Below are positions 17,960 to 26,503 of a DNA stretch of 48,383 bases, in pieces. Every line of letters begins with the position of its first letter. Positions within the stretch are counted from its first letter, which is position 1. A program made the position numbers and the translations under genes. The notes beneath the pieces were generated by a model. It searched no databases. It saw nothing but the letters and a program-made list of their open reading frames with translations, and had not been told where the DNA came from. The DNA comes from a bacterium (GTDB lineage Bacteria > Fidelibacterota > Marinisomatia > Marinisomatales > UBA1611): assembly GCA_018645565.1 (NCBI GenBank), contig JABGWJ010000098.1, positions 1-48,383 on the forward strand. Direction: 5' to 3'.

Positions 17960-19777
17960 TTATTTGCCTAATTCAGGATATTCATCTACAGCATCAGACC
18001 ACTTTTTAAGATCTGCAATACGCTTTGAGGAAGATTGATCTATTTGCAATGGCCTACCTCGACCATCAATTATAATACCAACTTGTCCGCCATATATATC
18101 AGTATTTATTTGCTCTCCAAATCCAGCACCTACGTTAACACTTTTACCTGGAGTTAGAGTAGCCTTGACTTTTTCGTATCCTACTTTAATTCTTATTAAA
18201 TCGCCGAAGCCAATATCAATGTTTTTCTTATCGCCATTTTTAAATTCTAAATTCACGTTAAGAATTTTTTCACTATTATTTAGTTTACCAACTGGTGCGA
18301 TACAAGTACCAAGGCGAATCAAACAGTCTTTTTCAAAAACCTCAAGCGCAGCCACCCTAGCCTGTTCAGCGATTTTTTTATTTTCAATATTTGCCATTAC
18401 ACCTAGTTGAGGCATCATAAAAATTGAATCTACAGCTAAAGAAGTGACTCCTTCAGGCAAAAAACTATCAATTAACATTTTTGCTGATTGTTCTCTCCTT
18501 GGTGCATGAGATAAGACACCACCAGAGCCAACGATGAGATCTAGCTCCATCATGTCTACAAGAGATTCACCAGAATCTGATTGTTCAAAAGCATCTGAAA
18601 TAGTTCTTTCTTTTTGGACACCTTTGAGATTTACCGCAAAAGCTTTATGCTGTATAAACGATAATCTTAGGGCTTCTCTGGCTATTGCTTGCTCAATTAC
18701 AAGCTCTTCCAAACTCTGTGGAACTGTTGTCGGGCGAATCATTTTATTACCGATTCTATTTGTTAATTCTTTTTCATCTATATCAAAAGGCACCCAACGA
18801 AGAACATTAGGTAAAGAGGCCTCCGCAAGTACGTTACAAATCGAGTAACTCATGCCAAGGTTTGCGCTAACAGTTCTATTAAACTGACTCTGAAAAACAG
18901 AAAAGATATCGGTAGTCGCACCTCCAATATCAACACCAACAACAGAAATATTTTCTTTATTTGCAACCATTTCAATTAGTGCGCCCACGGCACCAGGAGT
19001 CGGCATAATCGGAGCATCTGTCCAACTCATCAATTTTTTGTAGCCTGGAGCTTGTTGCATTACATGCTCCATAAACAAATCATGTATTTTATCTCTGGAT
19101 GGTTTGAGGTTTTCTTGTTCTAAAACAGGTCTAATATTTTCTGTAACATCAAGATCTGTAAGTTTACCGAGTGTCTTTTGTATGTCAGAAGTTGCTTTTT
19201 TATTTCCAGCGTAAATAACTGGTAGCTTGTAATTTTGACCTAATCTTGGTTGCGGATTCGCAGCAGCTAATATTTCAGCAAGTTCAACCACGTGCTTTGT
19301 TGTACCTCCATCAATACCACCAGAAAGTAAAATCATATCTGGTCTTAATTGTCGTATTCTAGTAATCTTTTCATGCGGTTTTCTGCCATCATTGGCTGCA
19401 AGTACATCCATAACGATAGAACCAGCGCCAAGGGCCGCGCGCTCAGCGCTTTCTCCCGTCATCGATTTGACAACACCTGCTACCATCATTTGAAGTCCTC
19501 CACCAGCAGAACTAGTCGATATATATATATCTACGCCATCATCTTTTTTCTGAGGCGTAATAATATTTTCACCATCAAGTATTTTTCGACCAGAGAGCTC
19601 TTCAATTTCCATTGTAGCATTTAAAACGCCTCGAGTTACATCTTCAAAAGGAGCTTCAACAGTTGTAGGTGCCTCACCTCTAAAGGTTAAGCGATATTCA
19701 CCATCAACAAATTCAATTAAAATTGCTTTTGTCGTAGTACTACCGCAATCAGTAGCCAGTATAGAACGAAGTTTCAA
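17960..19777 (-). CDS. GlmL/MutL-family ASKHA-fold ATPase, long form of 605 aa (operon gene 1)
   Basis: The N-terminus ILATDCGSTTTKAILI is the GlmL (glutamate mutase L, Pfam MutL) phosphate-1 signature. A second nucleotide-binding lobe reads VGVDIGGATTDIFSV. Other motifs are LLSGGIDGGTTKHV and LIVGSGGVLSHAP. The C-terminal ~110 aa ends in GGQVGIIIDGRGRPL. Confidence 0.75.
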   Translation of the reverse strand: MKLRSILATDCGSTTTKAILIEFVDGEYRLTFRGEAPTTVEAPFEDVTRGVLNATMEIEELSGRKILDGENIITPQKKDDGVDIYISTSSAGGGLQMMVAGVVKSMTGESAERAALGAGSIVMDVLAANDGRKPHEKITRIRQLRPDMILLSGGIDGGTTKHVVELAEILAAANPQPRLGQNYKLPVIYAGNKKATSDIQKTLGKLTDLDVTENIRPVLEQENLKPSRDKIHDLFMEHVMQQAPGYKKLMSWTDAPIMPTPGAVGALIEMVANKENISVVGVDIGGATTDIFSVFQSQFNRTVSANLGMSYSICNVLAEASLPNVLRWVPFDIDEKELTNRIGNKMIRPTTVPQSLEELVIEQAIAREALRLSFIQHKAFAVNLKGVQKERTISDAFEQSDSGESLVDMMELDLIVGSGGVLSHAPRREQSAKMLIDSFLPEGVTSLAVDSIFMMPQLGVMANIENKKIAEQARVAALEVFEKDCLIRLGTCIAPVGKLNNSEKILNVNLEFKNGDKKNIDIGFGDLIRIKVGYEKVKATLTPGKSVNVGAGFGEQINTDIYGGQVGIIIDGRGRPLQIDQSSSKRIADLKKWSDAVDEYPELGK

Positions 19778-19812
19778 ATTAAAATTTTCTAAGTATAAAA
19801 ATTAATTAATGT

Positions 19813-20631
19813 TTATTGATTAAAAACCAAGAGGTAAATATAAATCAAAGGCGATGAAAAAAGTAAGGAATCAAAGCGGTCCAATATTCCTCCATGCCCT
19901 CTTAAGATATCTCCAGAATCTTTGACTCCAACATCGCGCTTAAGAAGCGACTCTCCAAAATCTCCAAGCTGGCCAAAAACACCAGAAATAAAACCAAATA
20001 CAATACAATCAATTAAAGAGTATGTAGGTCCTAAAAAATCAAGCTTATATGCAATGAAAAACGTTAATATAGAAAAAATAAAACCAGAAATCGACCCTAC
20101 CCAACTTTTTTTAGGACTTATTTTGGGAAGAATTTTTTTCTCACCAAATTTTGTTCCAAAAAAGAAAGCGGCTGTATCACATAGCCAGACAGACAAAAAC
20201 AATAAAAGCGTAACATTGGAATCAAAAATATGATCTAATTGCCTTAAGTGGATCAGTGTTCCAAGCAAGGTTGGAACAAAAATGATACCCAAAACGGTAT
20301 TTGCAATATTTTGCAAAGGCTCCTTTTTATTATTTATTATTTCAATGATAAAAAGACTAATTACAGTCATGCAAGCTAGACCGAGCACTGTAATTTGATG
20401 ATGAGCATAAACGCCAGAGTAAGCTAGTCCAATAAAAACAGTTATAATAAATCCAAATATACGATTTGGATAACTACCTTTTATTTCACACATTTTGAAA
20501 AACTCATCAAGACCTAGCAACATAATCAACGTAGTAACAATGGCAAAAATTGGGTTCCCAACATAAAAACAACCTATACCTAAGGGGACCCCCAGGATTA
20601 AAATCAGCTTTCTACCTTTAAGTTCTTTCAT
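19813..20631 (-). CDS. cdsA: Phosphatidate cytidylyltransferase (CDP-diglyceride synthase)
   Basis: 272 aa and polytopic. It carries the CdsA signature SPKKSWVGSISG...GDFGESLLKRDVGVKDSGDILRGHGGILDRFDS. Confidence 0.9.
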   Translation of the reverse strand: MKELKGRKLILILGVPLGIGCFYVGNPIFAIVTTLIMLLGLDEFFKMCEIKGSYPNRIFGFIITVFIGLAYSGVYAHHQITVLGLACMTVISLFIIEIINNKKEPLQNIANTVLGIIFVPTLLGTLIHLRQLDHIFDSNVTLLLFLSVWLCDTAAFFFGTKFGEKKILPKISPKKSWVGSISGFIFSILTFFIAYKLDFLGPTYSLIDCIVFGFISGVFGQLGDFGESLLKRDVGVKDSGDILRGHGGILDRFDSLLFSSPLIYIYLLVFNQ

Positions 20632-20662
20632 ATCCTAATTTACTATAATCATTAGATTAAAA

Positions 20663-21550
20663 TTAGATTATAAGTTCTACGCCTCCTTTGATTAAAGTTA
20701 CAGATACAGGCGACGTCCCAATAATCTCCCCGTCAATATTTAATTTTCCTTTATCATCTGGATCAATAGAAAACGATTTACATTGAACATATTCACATGC
20801 ATCATGATCTACATGCGAGCCATCAAATAATTTGGGAAATACTGAAAATAAAGTGAGGCTAGATGCTTTTTTAACAATGATTAAATCTATTAAACCATCA
20901 TCAATTATTGCATTAGGCGCCATTTTCATATCTTTGCCAACATATTTAGTATTACAAGCAATAATAAAAGCGAAATCACCTTCCCTTTCAACTCCATCAA
21001 TAGTTATTTTTGCAATTCTACGCTTATTTTTAATAATTTCAAAAAATGAAGCAATATTATAACGCTGACCACCGAACATACGTAGTTTTTCGGCAAACAC
21101 AGAAATGTCAGTTGCCATTCCCCAGCCAATGAGGTTAAGTGAAAAGAAATCTTTTTGACCACAGCTTGCTTTCATGACGTCAATTTTTCTAGAACTATTC
21201 TCTGCTATTATTTTTACAGCAGACTCTTGTTTAGTAGCTCCAACAGTCTTCATAAAAGAATTACCCGTACCATTTGGTATTACTGATATAGGAATTCTAT
21301 CATCTGCTGATTTTGATAACATCCCATTCAAAACCTCAAACAATGTACCGTCTCCCCCCACAGCACAAACAGAATCAAAAGTAGTTAAATTTTCATTTTT
21401 TACTATATCTTCGGCATGACCATTATACTCAGTTTTTATTAAAGTACTTTTTAAGCTGTATTTCTTAAAATACATATTAACTGAGTTTATAGCGTTATTA
21501 AAATTAATAGTTCCGCTTTTAGGATTAGCAATTAAAAGGATCTTTGTCAT
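20663..21550 (-). CDS. Diacylglycerol-kinase-family lipid kinase (YegS/BmrU-like)
   Basis: Motifs are ILLIANPKSG and AVGGDGTLFEVLNGM. I place the start at the ATG at 21548-21550 (MTKILLIANPKSG), which forms an ATGA overlap with the rlpA stop. The track start at 21592 would run 45 nt back into rlpA. Confidence 0.8.
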   Translation of the reverse strand: MTKILLIANPKSGTINFNNAINSVNMYFKKYSLKSTLIKTEYNGHAEDIVKNENLTTFDSVCAVGGDGTLFEVLNGMLSKSADDRIPISVIPNGTGNSFMKTVGATKQESAVKIIAENSSRKIDVMKASCGQKDFFSLNLIGWGMATDISVFAEKLRMFGGQRYNIASFFEIIKNKRRIAKITIDGVEREGDFAFIIACNTKYVGKDMKMAPNAIIDDGLIDLIIVKKASSLTLFSVFPKLFDGSHVDHDACEYVQCKSFSIDPDDKGKLNIDGEIIGTSPVSVTLIKGGVELII

Positions 21551-22071
21551 TTTGGGCGATCCCTGTGATGCATATAAACACCGTCGCCCCATTCAATAAC
21601 ATCAATTTGTACTTTTGTTTTTCCTTGCTTAATAAAATCTAATTTTTTAGCAGCGCCGTAAGAACAGTCTAGCATTCTTCCTTGAATGTAGGGGCCTCTA
21701 TCATTAATTCTTAAAATTAAAGATTTACCATTTGCCAAATTGGTGACCCTTGCAACAGTATTTAAGGGGATTGTCTTATGAGCAGCAGTTAAGCCGTACA
21801 TATCATAAATCTCCCCATTTGCAGTAAGCTTTCCATGAAAATCCTCTGCGTAAAATGAACTGATACCGACCATCTTTTTTTTATGTTTGACATTAGTATT
21901 TACTGTTTTGGGATCAATAAAAATTGCCTTGCTTTTAGAGATGTTTTTTTTGATTGGTGTCCGATATTTTTTTTTAACCTTAGAAGTCGCCGTTCTTCCA
22001 TATCTTGGTGCGCTTGAGCAGGCAGCGAAGACTAAAAAAACCAGAACATAAATGATTTTTCTATGAATCAT
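21547..22071 (-). CDS. rlpA: Septal ring lytic transglycosylase RlpA-family protein (DPBB domain), lipoprotein
   Basis: 174 aa with a lipobox-like VFAACSS. DPBB core: GISSFYAEDFHGKLTANGEIYDMYGLTAAHKTIPLNTVARVTNLANGKSLILRINDRGPY. Confidence 0.85.
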   Translation of the reverse strand: MIHRKIIYVLVFLVFAACSSAPRYGRTATSKVKKKYRTPIKKNISKSKAIFIDPKTVNTNVKHKKKMVGISSFYAEDFHGKLTANGEIYDMYGLTAAHKTIPLNTVARVTNLANGKSLILRINDRGPYIQGRMLDCSYGAAKKLDFIKQGKTKVQIDVIEWGDGVYMHHRDRPK

Positions 22072-22516
22072 TTATTTGCCTCAATGCTTCGTATAATACT
22101 ATACCTACACTCGTTGCCAAATTTAAACTCCGTATATTTTTATTTATCATTGGTATCGTACAAGCATTCTCAGGATACTTGTTTAGAATTTTTTCTGAAA
22201 TACCAGCTGTCTCACTACCAAAAATAATAATGTCATTAGATTTATATTTTCTTTTTGTATAAATATTTTTTGATTTTGTCGTCAATAAATGAAAATTATT
22301 TTTAAAAGTATTTTCACAGTACTGATTTAAATCTGGAAAACATTCCCAATTTATGTAATTCCAATAGTCTAACCCCGCTCTTTTTAAATATTTATCACTC
22401 ATATCAAACCCAAGTTTTCCGACTAAATCTAATTTTACATTGTTTGCACCACACAAGCGGGCAATGTTGCCGGTATTTGGTGGTATCTGGGGTTCAAATA
22501 ATGAAATTGTTAACAT
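22061..22516 (-). CDS. trmL: tRNA (cytidine/uridine-34 2'-O)-methyltransferase, SpoU/TrmH family
   Basis: 151 aa. EPQIPPNTGNIARLCGANNVKLDLVGKLGFDMSDKYLKRAGLDYW is the TrmL signature, and SLNLATSVGIVLYEALRQ is the SPOUT knot region. Confidence 0.85.
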   Translation of the reverse strand: MLTISLFEPQIPPNTGNIARLCGANNVKLDLVGKLGFDMSDKYLKRAGLDYWNYINWECFPDLNQYCENTFKNNFHLLTTKSKNIYTKRKYKSNDIIIFGSETAGISEKILNKYPENACTIPMINKNIRSLNLATSVGIVLYEALRQINDS

Positions 22517-22518
22517 AT

Positions 22519-23592
22519 TTATTTCACTCGACTAAGCGCATAATTAATTTTTGGTATGCAATAAGGATCCATAATTAAGGCTGTAGCTAAACCATATAAT
22601 GATGCACCAGCATCTTTCACTGCATTCAAATGATGTATTGTCGATATACCGCCTGTTGCCATAATCTTTAAATTCATATCGTTGAATAAATTGACCAGCT
22701 CCAAAGTTCTCGGGAAAATTGCAACACCGCTTAATCCCCCGCCACCGCGAGGAAGACTACCATTTTTAAAGCCTAAATATTCGATTGTTTTAAATTGCGT
22801 GTTGCCGGCATTTATGATCATTTTTTCTTTCGACTTAATAACCTCCCCAATTTTTTTGAGGTGATCATTGTTCCAATCAGGAGATATTTTTACCGAAACC
22901 ACAGAATCATTTTTCGCTCTAATATGATTGATCAAAGTTTCTAATTCGTCAATATTCTCACCAATAGTGCTGCCAGTATCTGTATTTGGGCAACTAATGT
23001 TTAATTCAAAAAAATATTTACTAGATTTTAATTTATTTGACATCGTATCCAACACATTAAATGTTTTTATATAATCATCAAGGTTCTCACCACCAATTGA
23101 CAAACCAATCGGCTTTTTATGGTTCCACAAAGGATTGTCAATAATTGCCTTAGAAAATTTTTCAACGCCTTCGCCAGGAAGACCTAGAGCATTAACTAAA
23201 CACGCTTGTCTTTCGAGTCTAACTTGCTGTAATCGAGGTTTCGAATTTCCTTTTCTCTCATCTTTCATAATGGTTTTTAGTATTGCGCCACCTAATCCAA
23301 GCTTTAGCCATATACCAATCAAGTTTTTATCAGATTTAAATGACGAAGCTATAATCGGAGACTTGAATTTCAGGTCAAATAGTTCAACCTCTAAATTATC
23401 AGGTATTAAAAATTGATAAGCTATACCGCCAAAAAGCTTATCGATTTTCACTAAATTCCTATCTCCAAAATCAACTATAGATTCAAGATCTTGTTTCTTA
23501 TTAAATATAAATTGATATAAAGAAGTAATTATTCTTGCTAAAAATCGAGTAGCCCTATAAAAAAAAGAGAAAAGATATTTTCTTATTATCAC
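22519..23592 (-). CDS. Dihydroorotate dehydrogenase family protein (atypical), GTG start
   Basis: 357 aa. DHOD-like blocks are FKSPIIASSF, GNSKPRLQQV, LVNALGLPGEG, ELNISCPNT, and GGLSG...ATGGI. It also has an N-terminal amphipathic/hydrophobic extension. Confidence 0.6.
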   Translation of the reverse strand: MIIRKYLFSFFYRATRFLARIITSLYQFIFNKKQDLESIVDFGDRNLVKIDKLFGGIAYQFLIPDNLEVELFDLKFKSPIIASSFKSDKNLIGIWLKLGLGGAILKTIMKDERKGNSKPRLQQVRLERQACLVNALGLPGEGVEKFSKAIIDNPLWNHKKPIGLSIGGENLDDYIKTFNVLDTMSNKLKSSKYFFELNISCPNTDTGSTIGENIDELETLINHIRAKNDSVVSVKISPDWNNDHLKKIGEVIKSKEKMIINAGNTQFKTIEYLGFKNGSLPRGGGGLSGVAIFPRTLELVNLFNDMNLKIMATGGISTIHHLNAVKDAGASLYGLATALIMDPYCIPKINYALSRVK

Positions 23593-23597
23593 AACTA

Positions 23598-25334
23598 CTA
23601 ATTAACTATGCCTGTACTATCACTTTTGGAGCTAGAAATCATATTTTCAATAATTTTCACCCTATACTTTGCAAAGTTATTTTGCTCTGAGGAAGGGTGT
23701 CGCCTACCAAGCCAGCTATAATATTTAAATGCGCTGTCGAGTTCTGCATATTTATAATCATATTGATAACCTAAAAAATAGGCAGCCGAGGCGGATAGCT
23801 CACTTAATGAGTCTGCGGAAATAACGTCTTTAAAGACATCCAGGGATGAAACTGGGTTACTGGACCATAATTTTTCTGCTTTAAAAAATAATTTTTCTAT
23901 TGGTCGCCTAACAACATTTTCATCCACTTGTTTAAATAAGTAAGAAGTGTAATCAGAACTAGCATGATTACTCTGCAATAAATCCTTGTATTTATCAAAC
24001 ATCAATGAATCTTTAGTGTTTTCATAAATCATAGCTAAGGTAAAAATTGATTTTGGAACAAACGGAGAAGAAGAGTCCATTTCAATAATTTTTTCAAAAT
24101 ACACAATCCCTGAATCAATTCTATCAAAACTGAAAGCTTCAATATCGCCTAACAAATAAAGTAATTCTTCCATTGATTTTGAGGCGCTAGTTTTTTTATG
24201 GGTAATTGAATCTGCTACTAATGAATCAATAATAGATGAATCTGGTACAGCTTGGTATTTATTTAGCTCACTTATTGCATCTGTATACTTTTCAATTGCA
24301 TTAATTTTGCTGTCGCAAAATGGTCCAAATTCAGTCCTTCCATATTCTTTTTTCACCATAGAGAACTTCTCTTTAGCTATCGTAGGGTTCCATTTTTCAG
24401 CCAAGTAAATCTTACCAATTATATAATATGCTTCTGCAGAAGTCTGCGTTCTCGGATAATCATTAATTATAGACTCTAAGCGAACAATTGCATTGTCTGT
24501 ATCTTCTTGACTGATGTATAACTTGACGAGCTCTAACTCAAGGTCACCTTTAATATTTTTGAATTTATCATCAACCAACATGGATTTGATTTTTCTTTCT
24601 ACCAATCTAAAATCACCTAGGAGTCTAGATATTTTTAAAATTTGTATATGTGCATTTTCAATTTTTTCTTTTGTTAATGAATTTTTAATTACTTCTTTGT
24701 AAGCACTCTCTGCAACATCATATTTTTCATTATTAAAAGCAATATCCGCAAGCTGATTGTATACAATCCCTTTTTTTGCTCTGTCTTTAATAACCTTAGC
24801 ACCTTCCTCTAAATGGAATAAAAAATTACTATTTTGATCCTCAATTAGATAAATATCCGCCAATGATAGATGGCTTTGGGCAATGATCTCATTTTTATTA
24901 GAGGATTTGATAATATTTTGAAGTTCTTCAATTGCTGTTTGTGTTTTTCCTTTTTTCCATTTACATACTGCAGACCAGTATTTAGCTTCAGCTATTTGTT
25001 CTTCGTTACCCTGATTATAGATTATCTTAAGATTTGAGATTGCATTATCATATTCAGATCGGTAAAACTGAGCTTTAGCCATTAAAAGAATGGCGTCATT
25101 TACATATTTTGATTCAGGGAAATCTGACAGAACAATCTTACACTTCTGAATTGTTTTCCCATAATTATCCATTGCTCTAAGCGGTACGGCTTTATCTGAT
25201 TTCTCGAGACGAATACGATCAGCTTCATTGAAATATTTTTCTGCATTATAGAAAGTATTGAAATAAGCGCAAGAGGATAGCAATAAACTAACCGTTATAG
25301 GAATTAAGCGATGTATTGTCCAAATTCTGTGCAT
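23598..25334 (-). CDS. Tetratricopeptide-repeat lipoprotein
   Basis: 578 aa. It has a signal peptide with lipobox (VSLLLSSCAY). Multiple TPR-like 34-aa units run throughout (for example YVNDAILLMAKAQFYRSEYDNAISNL and AEAYYIIGKIYLAEKWNPTIAKEKF). Confidence 0.7.
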   Translation of the reverse strand: MHRIWTIHRLIPITVSLLLSSCAYFNTFYNAEKYFNEADRIRLEKSDKAVPLRAMDNYGKTIQKCKIVLSDFPESKYVNDAILLMAKAQFYRSEYDNAISNLKIIYNQGNEEQIAEAKYWSAVCKWKKGKTQTAIEELQNIIKSSNKNEIIAQSHLSLADIYLIEDQNSNFLFHLEEGAKVIKDRAKKGIVYNQLADIAFNNEKYDVAESAYKEVIKNSLTKEKIENAHIQILKISRLLGDFRLVERKIKSMLVDDKFKNIKGDLELELVKLYISQEDTDNAIVRLESIINDYPRTQTSAEAYYIIGKIYLAEKWNPTIAKEKFSMVKKEYGRTEFGPFCDSKINAIEKYTDAISELNKYQAVPDSSIIDSLVADSITHKKTSASKSMEELLYLLGDIEAFSFDRIDSGIVYFEKIIEMDSSSPFVPKSIFTLAMIYENTKDSLMFDKYKDLLQSNHASSDYTSYLFKQVDENVVRRPIEKLFFKAEKLWSSNPVSSLDVFKDVISADSLSELSASAAYFLGYQYDYKYAELDSAFKYYSWLGRRHPSSEQNNFAKYRVKIIENMISSSKSDSTGIVN

Positions 25335-25393
25335 AAATTAAAATTAAATTTACTTATATGATTAAAGTTAATGTTGAAAATATTTCACTCTAA
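25335..25393. promoter_or_regulatory. Divergent intergenic region that must carry promoter(s) for the 25-kb minus-strand array and/or the plus-strand PEGA-like gene
   Basis: This is the only non-coding DNA between two divergently oriented start codons (25334 minus, 25394 plus), and it is AT-rich. I could not define -35/-10 or Bacteroidetes-type -33/-7 boxes with confidence. Confidence 0.3.
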
Positions 25394-25819
25394 ATGTTAA
25401 AGTTTAAAAATTACCTTTTTATATGTTTTATTATCTGCTCTAGTCTATTTAGCCAAAAAAGTCGCGACATGGAAAAATTTGGCTTTATTGATTTAAGAAC
25501 AGATAGCATGAATGTACCATTTTATATTGATGGGATTTTTGTGGGCAAGAATCCTCTCAAAAACCCAATTCCTGTACTCCCGGGTTTTCACCTAGTTAGT
25601 TACCTTCCCCCAGAATTGACAAAAAAATACATCGAAGAAGATCTCTCTGATGCTTACAAAAGAGTCTATGTTTCACCAAATGATACATTAGAAGTATTCT
25701 TATTCTATGATCATTACGTTAGAGAAACCAAAACCTTGGATGCTCAATTTATGGTAAAGAGACTAACGGCGGTTAGTTTGATTTTAATGGCAGTTTTTTT
25801 GATTTTTCAAATAAGCTAA
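25394..25819 (+). CDS. PEGA-like domain protein with signal peptide and C-terminal TM anchor
   Basis: 141 aa. It has the signal LFICFIICSSLFS, the PEGA-like VPFYIDGIFVGKNPLKNPIPVLPGFHLVSY, and the C-terminal TM segment AVSLILMAVFLIF. Confidence 0.55.
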   Translation: MLKFKNYLFICFIICSSLFSQKSRDMEKFGFIDLRTDSMNVPFYIDGIFVGKNPLKNPIPVLPGFHLVSYLPPELTKKYIEEDLSDAYKRVYVSPNDTLEVFLFYDHYVRETKTLDAQFMVKRLTAVSLILMAVFLIFQIS

Positions 25820-25863
25820 ATTTTTTATTCTAAGCATTAATTTATCATTGTAATTTTAAGTAT

Positions 25864-26076
25864 ATGAAACATCACACTTTTGAAGATGGCCTAAAATATA
25901 GGCATGATTACAAATGGCCAGAGCCAGGAACAAAAAAAGATTGTCCCAAATGTAATATTTCTCTTGAGCTTGTAGAAAATAGCCCCTCATACTACGGCAA
26001 GCCGTGGTGGTGTTATAAGTGCAAATGGCAGTTTTCAGATGAAGATTTCCAAGCAATGAGATCAGAAGAAGAGTAA
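25864..26076 (+). CDS. Small zinc-ribbon protein (70 aa)
   Basis: Two CxxC pairs (CPKC...CYKC) are spaced 22 aa apart. The ORF fits exactly between neighbouring genes. A 66-aa antisense ORF covers the same DNA, so the strand choice is not certain. Confidence 0.45.
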   Translation: MKHHTFEDGLKYRHDYKWPEPGTKKDCPKCNISLELVENSPSYYGKPWWCYKCKWQFSDEDFQAMRSEEE

Positions 26077-26081
26077 AGAGA

Positions 26082-26468
26082 CTACGCTAAACTCACCGCT
26101 GGTAAATCAGCGCTAATCGAATCAATAATCCACCTAGCTACTACAGCATCATCTAGGTAGCCTATATCTGGTACGATATCTGGTATGTCATCATCAGAGT
26201 CACAAAAGTAAGAAATAGCAAAAATAATTCTTTTCTTTATCGATTCTGTTAAATCTGGGTAAGTTTGATAAATACTTAAAAGAACTGAAACATTTTTAAT
26301 AAGATCTGTTTCAATAGTATTTAACTTTTTTGAAGAGACAAGATTATCAAGTTTTAAGTTAAGAGACTGGATTATTTCGGAAGATTTGTTTAAATCGATT
26401 TTATCAATCAGTCTAAGATAATGCGCTTTATCTTCTTCGGTTAATTGAAATATTTTAGATATATTCAT
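26082..26468 (-). CDS. DUF1232 (YkvA)-like protein
   Basis: 128 aa. The C-terminal DIPDIVPDIGYLDDAVVARWII resembles the DUF1232 motif (IPD.IP.IGYLDD). Confidence 0.5.
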   Translation of the reverse strand: MNISKIFQLTEEDKAHYLRLIDKIDLNKSSEIIQSLNLKLDNLVSSKKLNTIETDLIKNVSVLLSIYQTYPDLTESIKKRIIFAISYFCDSDDDIPDIVPDIGYLDDAVVARWIIDSISADLPAVSLA

Positions 26469-26503
26469 TAACTAAATTTTAACAAATAAAATAAAATATA
26501 CTA

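Noticed and set aside
17960-19777. Reading the GlmL/MutL-like gene as marking a glutamate mutase or aminomutase (B12) operon
   Set aside because: No gene in the window has a B12-binding DxHxxG motif/Rossmann subunit or a mutase TIM-barrel subunit. The neighbours are membrane proteins instead, so the classical role cannot be assumed.
20663-21592. Track start of the lipid kinase at 21592 (MGRRCLYASQGSPK extension); similarly 33081 for the AttH-like gene and 26754 for the TerB-like gene
   Set aside because: These extensions overlap the upstream gene by 27-49 nt and add non-conserved residues. Internal ATGs at 21550, 33126 and 26781 give ATGA overlaps or short gaps. The 33126 start also gives a proper lipoprotein signal and the 21550 start a conserved kinase N-terminus.
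25856-26056. 66-aa minus-strand ORF overlapping the 70-aa zinc-ribbon ORF
   Set aside because: Only one of the two can reasonably be real. The plus-strand ORF has two CxxC pairs and abuts its neighbours cleanly, while the minus-strand product has no motif. The choice remains uncertain.
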